Virus record (IMG/VR): IMGVR_UViG_2802429224_000013 | From: a virus | Lineage: Duplodnaviria > Heunggongvirae > Uroviricota > Caudoviricetes | DNA length: 8,403 nucleotides | Reading direction: 5' to 3' (one strand) | Shown: positions 1-6,713 of the stretch, in pieces | Layout: each line of letters opens with the position of its first letter | Numbering within the stretch: the stretch's first letter is position 1 | Translations under genes and position numbers: made by a program | The notes under the pieces: generated by a model | What the model was told of the DNA's origin: nothing | The model's database searches: none | The model's input: only the letters and a program-made list of their open reading frames with translations

Positions 1-488
1 AAAACAGCCATGTGTAACGCTCTGACCGTTACAAAAAGAGAAAGCGCCCCGTTGCCGGAGCGCCTTTGTGAACGAATTACCTGTAGCACCGCGATGTTTG
101 CTATATGGGTGAATTTTAGCGACAAGTTCGTTCAATGTGAAGGCGCTGATCACCGTTACTACAGCACGCCAGAAATGCAGAATATTTTGCTGCAAAATGC
201 CGTTGGCCACGCCGTCCGGAAAGCAAAAAATTTTGCTGGTGGCGCGACCGATACGATTTTTTCTGGTAGCCCGGTGCTGATCAACTTAGCTTGGATTTAT
301 GTGCAACATTGCAACTATTCCGACTTTAAGCTGAATGTGACTTTACCTATATCTTTAGAGGTGTGGTCGCGCTTGACCTCTATTTCACCATTTTGTAGCC
401 CTGCTACAAAAAAATATAAAAGTGTCAATGCTGCTGCAATCAGTAACCATTTTCTAGGAATATACATTCTTGATTTTACCCTTAATCA

Positions 489-662
489 TCAACCTTTTGG
501 CTCGATGCCCCGCTGTTGTAATTCTTTGCGGAGTACTCGTTTAATCCAAGTAGCTAATGAGGTGTCGCCGTCTGCTTTGGCTGCCTCCTCAAGTTGCGCT
601 CTAAATTCTTCTGGTAGTCGCATTTGGTATGGTGGCGATCGTTTCTCTAATGGTGTTGACAT
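489..662 (-). CDS. Ribbon-helix-helix (Arc/MetJ/CopG-like) DNA-binding protein, 57 aa; candidate repressor of the divergent operon
   Basis: Hand translation of the minus strand gives MSTPLEKRSPPYQMRLPEEFRAQLEEAAKADGDTSLATWIKRVLRKELQQRGIEPKG, with a beta-strand-like YQMRLP followed by two helices, the classic RHH layout. ATG at 662-660, stop as TCA at 489-491 on the plus strand, SD-like AAGGG 8 nt upstream. Not in the ORF track because it is shorter than the track cutoff. Confidence 0.6.
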   Translation of the reverse strand: MSTPLEKRSPPYQMRLPEEFRAQLEEAAKADGDTSLATWIKRVLRKELQQRGIEPKG

Positions 663-702
663 GGTAATTACCCTTAATTACTATAGTTACATGGTAATTA
701 CC
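656..702. promoter_or_regulatory. Divergent promoter/operator region with two copies of ACATGGTAATTACC spaced exactly 30 bp
   Basis: The 14-mer occurs at 659-672 and 689-702; its core GGTAATTACC is a perfect 10-bp palindrome. The first copy overlaps the start codon and RBS of the RHH gene. A consensus TTGACA sits at 656-661, with TACTAT 17 bp downstream (679-684) as a possible -10 for the plus-strand operon. Confidence 0.45.
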
Positions 703-792
703 ATTGTACTTACCATTACGCAAAAAACAACGCCCCGCAGTGCTGGAACACATGCAGGGCGTCTAACCAAACCGTTAAACGAGGTAACGATT

Positions 793-1161
793 ATGGCTGG
801 AACACAGCATACCCAAACTCACCCTAAATTTATATACACCTTCCTGGCGGTGCACCGTGATTGCATCGCTGACGGTAAAAATACTGTTCATGTAGCCGCC
901 GATACGCTGGTTGATGCCTGCGAGATGCTCAATGACATGGGCTATATCTCGGCAACATGGAAAGGGCGTGAAGAAAACACGTTGTTTATTCAGAAATGCG
1001 AAAACAATTTTATCTGGCGTTTTATCGCCCTGAGTACGGCACAACCGCGCGTGATTCACATCGAGGCCACCAGCGAACAGGAAGCACGCCAGCAATCTCC
1101 TGATGGCTGCGTGATGGTATTCGCTGCCCGTATTCGCCAGGAGGTGCATCATGTGCAATAA
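793..1161 (+). CDS. Hypothetical protein, 122 aa; first gene of the coupled plus-strand operon
   Basis: ATG at 793 preceded by GAGG at 781-784 (8-nt spacing). It is the 3' part of the 10..1161 track ORF. The stop at 1159-1161 overlaps the next gene's start within CAGGAGGTGCATCATGTGCAATAA. No family recognised. Confidence 0.6.
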   Translation: MAGTQHTQTHPKFIYTFLAVHRDCIADGKNTVHVAADTLVDACEMLNDMGYISATWKGREENTLFIQKCENNFIWRFIALSTAQPRVIHIEATSEQEARQQSPDGCVMVFAARIRQEVHHVQ

Positions 1162-1369
1162 AAACACGCCGGACGCAGCCGCCGAAGCCATCAAAACGCT
1201 AATGCACGCGCTGATTGATATTAATTACACGGCAGGGCTGGCAAAGAATAAAAAAGATGCGGTATTCACATCGAGCGTACTGGAATCTATTCAGATTATT
1301 GCTGAGCATGCACTGAATAAATCTCAAAATATTCTGATTGCTGATGTGCAGGAGGTGCACCATGCATAA
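1151..1369 (+). CDS. Hypothetical small protein, 72 aa
   Basis: ATG at 1151 with a perfect AGGAGG at 1139-1144 (6-nt spacing), embedded in the 3' end of the upstream gene. Ends QEVHHA, mirroring the upstream gene's QEVHHVQ end (see duplication finding). Confidence 0.45.
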   Translation: MCNKNTPDAAAEAIKTLMHALIDINYTAGLAKNKKDAVFTSSVLESIQIIAEHALNKSQNILIADVQEVHHA

Positions 1370-1730
1370 CCTGTCAATTTCTGACCTTAACAGCATTCAG
1401 TTTGACGAGAAATTTACCGGGCAGTTGCTGGTCAATGTGGAGAACGGGCGCATAGTGCGTAATTACCACCTGCCGGATGGTGCAATTGCCGGAAGCGTTG
1501 AAGCATTGCTGGAACTGGCGGAACGTGCGCGACTGATTAAGCCGTCAACGTGCCATCACGATGATGATCTGCATTTTACCGGGTGTATGGTGAGTCACTA
1601 CGAAAACGGCGTTGAAGTATCCTGCGAACGTCTGCGTGATGATTGCTGTTTCGGCACACTGCCGGAATTTATCGAATTGCTGACCAGTTGCGGTTATCAG
1701 GTCATTCAGGGGGGGGTGAATCATGGGTAA
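1362..1730 (+). CDS. Hypothetical protein, 122 aa
   Basis: ATG at 1362 with GGAGGTG upstream; the start overlaps the stop of the previous gene (ATGCATAA). The stop at 1728-1730 overlaps the next start (ATGGGTAA). No family recognised. Confidence 0.6.
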   Translation: MHNLSISDLNSIQFDEKFTGQLLVNVENGRIVRNYHLPDGAIAGSVEALLELAERARLIKPSTCHHDDDLHFTGCMVSHYENGVEVSCERLRDDCCFGTLPEFIELLTSCGYQVIQGGVNHG

Positions 1731-1923
1731 TAAGCCAGCAACAATGACAATTACCCTGAATGTGCCAGAGGATTTCACCGGACGCATACTGGTTTACCTG
1801 GATAAAGGGAAAGTGAAATCACAATGCCGGCTGCGAAATAATGAAATTGTAAGTACGGCAGAAGGCTTTTCTGAACTCTGTATTAGTGCAGGAATAAAAC
1901 CGGAACTGCTGACAGGAAAATAA
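1723..1923 (+). CDS. Hypothetical small protein, 66 aa
   Basis: ATG at 1723 preceded by a G-rich SD (GGGGGGGGTGA); translationally coupled to the gene upstream. Confidence 0.5.
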   Translation: MGNKPATMTITLNVPEDFTGRILVYLDKGKVKSQCRLRNNEIVSTAEGFSELCISAGIKPELLTGK

Positions 1924-1927
1924 AACC

Positions 1928-2218
1928 ATGAAAAAGAAAAATTCTGGCTTTACTGCCAGCGGTCTCTCTCGGCCTGAAATCAGACACGGAGATATTTACC
2001 GCGACACCAGACGTGGGGGACGAGTGGTTATTCGTCACGTTACGCCAGGCAATATCACCTACCGCCGTGAGGCTTACGAATATGACTGCGTAATGCCGCG
2101 CCGTCAGTTTGAGCGTGATTTTATTCTGGTTGAAAACAAACAACAGGCAGTGGCAAGACGTGCAGCCACGAATATTAAAAAAATCCGGGCAATGTTGGTT
2201 GCGGGAGGTAAGAAGTGA
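1928..2218 (+). CDS. Hypothetical basic protein, 96 aa
   Basis: ATG at 1928 with AGGAAA 8 nt upstream. The stop TGA at 2216-2218 overlaps the GTG start of the helicase gene (GTGA). Confidence 0.55.
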   Translation: MKKKNSGFTASGLSRPEIRHGDIYRDTRRGGRVVIRHVTPGNITYRREAYEYDCVMPRRQFERDFILVENKQQAVARRAATNIKKIRAMLVAGGKK

Positions 2219-3627
2219 AAAACGCACCGAATTTAAAATATCAGCCGAAGGATAAATTCACCGAGGTAATCATTTTTGCCGGGACGGACGCTTACTCCCA
2301 TGCTCAACACTGGATTGAAAGCGAAGGACGAAAACACGGCGATAACGTACCACCTGTTTACCTGGGGCCGAAGCAACTGGCAGACCTGGCGAATATCCGC
2401 ATTATTGACGAGAAACGCCGCTTTGCGCGTGTCTATCTCGCGGGGGAGATCGAACCAATCCAGATCAATGCTATCGCTGAAAAACTGGCGCTGGCTGGCG
2501 TACAGGAGGCGAAATTATACAAAGGCATCACCGACCGGGAGCCGGAGAACTGGCGCGATTACCTGCAACGAATCCGCGAACAGCCAGAGCACGAAGAAAT
2601 GCTTACTGACGAGCAATACAGCCAGCGAAAAACCACACTACCAATGAGCATTGGATCGGAAGGATATGATTCACAGCTTAGCTATGTAGTTAAGGGCGTG
2701 ATTCCGGCTAATTCGCTATGTAGCACATACGGTGCGAGCGGTTCTTATAAGTCGTTCCTTGCGTGTTCGTGGGCATGTCATGTTGCTACCGGTATCCCGT
2801 GGGGAGGTCGCAGGGTTGTACATGGTGCGGTTATGTATGTCGTTGGTGAGGGCGGGATCGGTGTTCCTCGTCGTATCAAGGCATGGGAACTGGTGAACAG
2901 TGAGCAGGTGAAAAATCTGTACCTGGTAAATCGTCCAATTTTTCCGGCCGCACCGAGTGATGTTGATGAAATGGTTATTGCTGCCCGACAGGTTGAGCTG
3001 GAAACGGGTAAACCTGTACGCATGATTATTCTGGATACTCTGGCGCGTTGCTTTGGTGGCAGCGATGAAAATGATGCGCGGGATATGGGGGCATTTGTCC
3101 ATGGATGTGACGAACTGAAACGGCGTACAGGCGCTACAGTGCTGGTAATTCACCATTCCGGCAAGGATGAAACAAAGGGTGCGCGCGGTTCCAGTGCGTT
3201 TCGTGCAGCACTGGATGCAGAGTACCGGATACGCCGTGAAGGTGCAGGCAGTGAAGCCCTGGTTATCGCATGTACCAAGATGAAGGATGCGGAGGAACTG
3301 AAAGAAATGGCTTGCGATTTGCGCGAGGTTGAGCTTTTCAAGGATGAAGGCGGGGAGTTAATCACGTCGTTGGTGCTGGAGGATAAACCCCGTCCGCCAG
3401 TTGAACTGGAGCGCATCGAGTACGTTGCTAACAAGACAGAGAATCACGCCGCGCTATGGGGCTGTATCCGTTCACGCACGCAACGCGGAGATAAATGCAC
3501 TATCCCGTTGTTGCGCGATGACATGAAAAAGCTGGGGTATGAGATGAAAAACTTCCGACGCTGGCTGTACAAGCTGGAAGGTGACGGCGTAATCGCTATT
3601 GACGATGATGACGTGCGCCCACTGTAA
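2215..3627 (+). CDS. RepA-like / DnaB-like P-loop ATPase (AAA_25-type), candidate replication initiator-helicase, 470 aa
   Basis: GTG start at 2215 with GGGAGG at 2203-2208. Recognisable motifs: P-loop-like YGASGSYKSF, Walker-B-like RMIILDTLARCFGG, and a VLVIHHSGKD motif typical of RepA/RecA-fold helicases. Roughly 150 aa of N-terminal and 100 aa of C-terminal extension may carry origin-binding function. Confidence 0.85.
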   Translation: MKNAPNLKYQPKDKFTEVIIFAGTDAYSHAQHWIESEGRKHGDNVPPVYLGPKQLADLANIRIIDEKRRFARVYLAGEIEPIQINAIAEKLALAGVQEAKLYKGITDREPENWRDYLQRIREQPEHEEMLTDEQYSQRKTTLPMSIGSEGYDSQLSYVVKGVIPANSLCSTYGASGSYKSFLACSWACHVATGIPWGGRRVVHGAVMYVVGEGGIGVPRRIKAWELVNSEQVKNLYLVNRPIFPAAPSDVDEMVIAARQVELETGKPVRMIILDTLARCFGGSDENDARDMGAFVHGCDELKRRTGATVLVIHHSGKDETKGARGSSAFRAALDAEYRIRREGAGSEALVIACTKMKDAEELKEMACDLREVELFKDEGGELITSLVLEDKPRPPVELERIEYVANKTENHAALWGCIRSRTQRGDKCTIPLLRDDMKKLGYEMKNFRRWLYKLEGDGVIAIDDDDVRPL

Positions 3628-4015
3628 AAAGTGAGGCGTAAAAGTGAGGGGGACAGGGAATATTTAAAAATCACCCCTGTTTCCCTCACTTCTCAACCTG
3701 TATATATACCAAAAAGTGAGGAGTTAATTTTGTACTAAAAAAACAAAGAGTTAAGTGTATTCGCATTTTCTATTTTTGAATATAGGGCAAATAATAAATG
3801 TGAGTAGTAAATGTGAGGAATAGTGAGTAAATAGAATAAATTCTCTGGAAATTACAAACAGGTAAAAAATAAAACAAATAAAGATTTTAACTAAAACTTA
3901 ACTATTTGCCTCATATTTGCGTATATATAGGGGTTTTAAAGTGAATACTTAAAAATACATTTAAAATCATATTGTTATTAACTTCATAAATTCTCACTGT
4001 GTAGCAGGTGAGGAA
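3627..4015. repeat. Iteron-containing, AT-rich origin-like region immediately downstream of the helicase gene
   Basis: At least eight copies of (A)AAGTGAGG / TGTGAGK in both orientations: 3631-3636, 3644-3649, inverted 3684-3689, 3716-3721, tandem 3800-3805/3813-3818/3823-3828, inverted about 3992-3997, and 4008-4013. An imperfect 15-bp inverted repeat lies at 3644-3690. The 3840-3990 stretch is very AT-rich, as expected for an unwinding element. Confidence 0.55.
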
Positions 4016-4038
4016 TTAAAAAATCAGGAATGTTAAAA

Positions 4039-4812
4039 ATGAAAACAGAACGTTACATACCTCAGGGTATGACTTACATAGAGCGTGAAGAACTGAAAAG
4101 TTTTGCGACATCATGTGGACTACGCGGCGATATTCAGAGCCTTACCAGAACTCTGATAATGATTGCGCACTGGATGAGGCAGGGTAAGCCAGTGAGCTTC
4201 ACAGAATACGCCAGCCAGTGGACAGAGGCACAGCGCGAACGGGACGACGGTAATCACTCAACGCCTGAAATGGCGAAGCAATGGCCTTTCAGTGGCAAAC
4301 GATGCATTTATCCCAGGTGCTCCGATTACTACCCATACGGAACGGAAAGAGAACATCAGGATGACGAAACGGAAATTAAACACGCAGTAACGGTAATTCT
4401 TGCCAAATACCCGTTTTTTAACCGCAATGGTCTTGTTCGGTATAGCCGTGACAAGCCATGGGAGCACCCGCTTGATTATGTCTGTTTTATGGAGGAGGCA
4501 AAAAGCTGTTTGCGCTGGATAAGGGAGAACAATCTTACCGACTGCAAAATTGCATCATTCCCCGGTAAAAATCCGACATCCTACGGCCTGAAACATTGTG
4601 TTGAACGGGCGAATCAAATAAGAGCAAAGGCAAACGGAAAACCCACGGAGCCGACGTATATCACAAACGGTGCTCTAATTGCCGCAATGGTCGCGGCTGG
4701 TTATCAGATAAAGCCTGAAGGAAGGATGAATTGCCGATTCAATATTTCGCGTAAGCAGCTTAAGAGTGTATTGAGCGGGGAATCTTACAAATCAGGAGAG
4801 TGGACGATATAA
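4039..4812 (+). CDS. Hypothetical protein, 257 aa, no family recognised; cysteine-containing, first gene of an accessory operon
   Basis: ORF track 4030..4812. The preferred start is the ATG at 4039 (AGGAA 8 nt upstream); the ATG at 4030 is the alternative. It follows a long AT-rich, promoter-like region and is followed at 12-24 nt by the FinO-like gene. Several Cys pairs (KRCIYPRCS, CFMEEAKSC) are present but no catalytic motif is evident. Confidence 0.7.
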   Translation: MKTERYIPQGMTYIEREELKSFATSCGLRGDIQSLTRTLIMIAHWMRQGKPVSFTEYASQWTEAQRERDDGNHSTPEMAKQWPFSGKRCIYPRCSDYYPYGTEREHQDDETEIKHAVTVILAKYPFFNRNGLVRYSRDKPWEHPLDYVCFMEEAKSCLRWIRENNLTDCKIASFPGKNPTSYGLKHCVERANQIRAKANGKPTEPTYITNGALIAAMVAAGYQIKPEGRMNCRFNISRKQLKSVLSGESYKSGEWTI

Positions 4813-4835
4813 CAGAAACATCTATGGGGCAAAGC

Positions 4836-5366
4836 ATGACTAAGCTGACCATTAACAGAAAACCAAAAGGCATTTACGGCACGCCGCAGAAAACGACGCA
4901 GGCGGCGCAAGAGCAGGATAAAACCACGTCGGCGCATAAAGTGATGCCCGGTAACCAGAAAGCGCAGCAGAAGCCCACAGGGGCGACACCGTGGCGGCAT
5001 ATGACCAAACGCCAGCGCAAAAACCGCAGGCGCGTTAACCGCCTCACTGAGTTGTGGCCTGACTTATTCAGCCGGGAAGCACCGAAGCCGCTTAAGGTGG
5101 GGATATTCGACGACCTGATGCAGGATCTCGCCGTCAGGGGGCTGGCATTCGGGCCAGGGGCATTGCGTGCGACGCTGGCATCTTATGCGCAGTGTCCGCG
5201 CTATTACCGCGCCTTAATGGCTGGTGGGGTACGCTACGACCTGAAAGGCCAGCCGTGCGGCGAGGTGACACCACAGGAACAACAGGACGCAGAAACGCGG
5301 CTGGTGGCGCTGAATGAGAAGCGCAAACGTCAGCGCCGGGCAGCAAAGGAGAAAACAGGCGCATGA
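4836..5366 (+). CDS. ProQ/FinO-family RNA-binding protein (RNA chaperone-like)
   Basis: The segment PLKVGIFDDLMQDLAVRGLAFGPGALRATLASYAQCPRYYRALMAGGVRYDLKGQPCGEVTPQEQQDAETRL matches the conserved ProQ/FinO N-terminal domain pattern (PLKIGIF..DL, LR.AL..Y..S.RY, R.DL.G.PCGE), and the C-terminus is basic. Start is uncertain between ATG 4824, ATG 4836 (GGGG 6 nt upstream, preferred) and the track's GTG 4800. Confidence 0.85.
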   Translation: MTKLTINRKPKGIYGTPQKTTQAAQEQDKTTSAHKVMPGNQKAQQKPTGATPWRHMTKRQRKNRRRVNRLTELWPDLFSREAPKPLKVGIFDDLMQDLAVRGLAFGPGALRATLASYAQCPRYYRALMAGGVRYDLKGQPCGEVTPQEQQDAETRLVALNEKRKRQRRAAKEKTGA

Positions 5367-5650
5367 TTCACGACAGCAAAGCGGAAGCACTGGAAGCGCG
5401 TGGTCTGTACCGGAGAGCGGCGGCGCGGTGGGCTGAGGTCATCATGCTGGCGAATGATGACAAGGCACGGGAACAGGCGGCAAAACGTCGCGCGGAATGT
5501 ATCCGCAAGGCAGCACGCCCACCAGCAAGGCAGGATAATTTCGGAGAGATGCGCGAAACCATCAGCCGGGCACATGCCGGGATGGGATTACATCAGCCCA
5601 ATGGTAAGGCATTCAGGAAATACCCTGGATCGAAAAATTGCAGTCAGTGA
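5363..5650 (+). CDS. PerC-family-like small transcriptional regulator, 95 aa
   Basis: The N-terminal AEALEARGLYRRAAARWAEVIML fits the PerC-family signature as I recall it (LE.RGL.RRAA.RW.EV). The ATG overlaps the FinO stop (ATGA), and AAGGAG lies upstream. Confidence 0.6.
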   Translation: MIHDSKAEALEARGLYRRAAARWAEVIMLANDDKAREQAAKRRAECIRKAARPPARQDNFGEMRETISRAHAGMGLHQPNGKAFRKYPGSKNCSQ

Positions 5651-5654
5651 CGGA

Positions 5655-5680
5655 GGCCGGGATTTTTCCCGGCTTTTTTG
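5655..5680 (+). terminator. Rho-independent terminator closing the 257-aa/FinO/PerC operon
   Basis: A perfect 7-bp GC-rich stem (GCCGGGA, loop TTTT, TCCCGGC) is followed by TTTTTT at 5674-5679, starting 5 nt after the PerC stop. Confidence 0.7.
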
Positions 5681-5693
5681 TGCCAGTAAAAAA

Positions 5694-5726
5694 CCCGCAG
5701 CCAGAAGTGTTGCGGGCTTTGTTTTT
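5694..5726. terminator. Second hairpin, possibly a bidirectional terminator
   Basis: Stem CCCGCA (5694-5699) pairs with TGCGGG (5711-5716) around an 11-nt loop. It is flanked by an A-tract upstream and a T-rich run downstream, so it could terminate on either strand. Confidence 0.4.
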
Positions 5727-5851
5727 CAGGTGATTGAAGTCAATGGGAAGAACGCGATCATCATGCGTTATTGTTTCATAAATTGCAACGATGTAGATCG
5801 TTATTTTAGTTTGTGCAATCATAACCATTGTTTTGTTCAGGAGATATGACT

Positions 5852-6025
5852 ATGAGAAAAGCCAGCGTGAAACCCGTTTTACTCGCTCGTGATCAGATTG
5901 AAGCATTACAGCGCATCCAGGACGAGGAACGCCGCAATTCTCCGCTGGGGATTGCTCCGAGCATTCATGAGGTCGCCCGGCGTTTAATGCAGCGGGCGCT
6001 TTATCCCGTAGAACGTCCGGCCTGA
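5852..6025 (+). CDS. Small hypothetical protein, 57 aa; possibly a small DNA-binding (RHH-like) regulator
   Basis: ATG at 5852 with GGAG 8 nt upstream (track ORF 5828..6025). KPVLLARDQIEALQRIQDEERRN...SIHEVARRLMQRAL has a strand-helix-helix look. First gene after the terminators. Confidence 0.5.
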   Translation: MRKASVKPVLLARDQIEALQRIQDEERRNSPLGIAPSIHEVARRLMQRALYPVERPA

Positions 6026-6064
6026 TGGTCGTGATTTTTTGGTGAAAAAAGAGAGGTGGTAAAA

Positions 6065-6649
6065 ATGCCAGCAAGCAAAGAAGATTTGCGATTAAAACTG
6101 ATGGAGGTGGTTAACGCTCTGTCAGAGTCGCAGGGCAGCACTCCGCAGGAGATTATCGAAATTCTGAATGCGATCCCCGCACAGGATTTCACAAAAGCGG
6201 ACGAGGATGACGCGAATAAAAACATCGTCGCGTCAGTCGAAGATGAATCCTCACTGGCAGAAGCCCAGGCTAAAGCGGATTCCGCATACAGCAATATGGG
6301 CCGTCGCGCTCCAGCCCCGTTTGCTGGTGAAAAGTCGATGGATTACCGCAAGCGTGCATTAATTGGTGCACAGAAGCTGGCTAAAAAATTCAGTGATGTG
6401 GATATTCGTTCCGTTTCAGATTCTGCAACGCTGGCGGTGCTGGAAGATCAGATTTACCAGGCTGCAAAAGACAGTGTTCAGTGGGCTGTGGAAAATACGC
6501 CGGGCTATTTGCGTAAAACCGTAAGAATGGATGAAGCCGGACGGCGGATTACTGAATATCAGGGGGATCCGAATAACTGGCTTAGTGCTTTCAAAATCCC
6601 TCCCCGTCGCCTGGTTAAAATTAACGTTGCAAGCCTCGCGGGGGCATGA
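6065..6649 (+). CDS. Hypothetical protein, 194 aa, acidic N-terminal half; no family recognised
   Basis: ATG at 6065 with a strong SD (GAGAGGTGG) upstream; track ORF 6056..6649. Sits in the operon with the Nu1-like gene, so a morphogenesis or packaging role is possible but unproven. Confidence 0.65.
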   Translation: MPASKEDLRLKLMEVVNALSESQGSTPQEIIEILNAIPAQDFTKADEDDANKNIVASVEDESSLAEAQAKADSAYSNMGRRAPAPFAGEKSMDYRKRALIGAQKLAKKFSDVDIRSVSDSATLAVLEDQIYQAAKDSVQWAVENTPGYLRKTVRMDEAGRRITEYQGDPNNWLSAFKIPPRRLVKINVASLAGA

Positions 6650-6713
6650 AAAACGTGCTGATTTCAGCCCTGCCGGATTTGGTGGGGCTTATTGCTTATA
6701 ACCGGGGGACATT

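Noticed and set aside
385-450. 21-aa minus-strand ORF (MVTDCSSIDTFIFFCSRATKW) downstream of the RHH gene
   Set aside because: Too short, with no convincing RBS; it overlaps a hairpin and cannot be supported as a gene from sequence alone.
10-1161. 383-aa ORF in the track, read as one gene
   Set aside because: It runs antisense through the well-formed RHH gene and the operator region. Only the 3' part from ATG 793, which has a good SD, is treated as a gene; the 5' part is kept as an unexplained open frame.
775-1194. 139-aa minus-strand ORF
   Set aside because: Low-complexity, non-protein-like translation that overlaps the better-supported plus-strand gene at 793-1161; likely an antisense shadow.
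1199-2227. Minus-strand ORFs 1199..1396, 1545..1787 and 1883..2227
   Set aside because: All overlap the tightly coupled plus-strand operon, whose genes have consistent SD sequences and overlapping starts and stops; none has a convincing RBS.
2276-3689. Alternative-frame ORFs inside the helicase gene (2276..2647 plus strand; 2716..3156, 2778..3023, 3150..3434, 3444..3689 minus strand)
   Set aside because: They are embedded in a gene with clear RepA-like motifs, and their translations are serine/arginine-rich low-complexity typical of off-frame reads.
3644-3690. Hairpin after the helicase stop as an intrinsic terminator
   Set aside because: The imperfect 15-bp inverted repeat is not followed by a T-tract and contains the GTGAGG iteron motif, so it is more likely part of the origin.
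4258-5849. ORFs 4258..4467, 4785..5000, 5134..5364, 5330..5575, 5368..5562 (minus strand) and 5400..5849 (plus strand)
   Set aside because: They overlap the 257-aa, FinO and PerC genes in other frames or on the opposite strand. The plus-strand 5400..5849 ORF also reads through both terminator hairpins.
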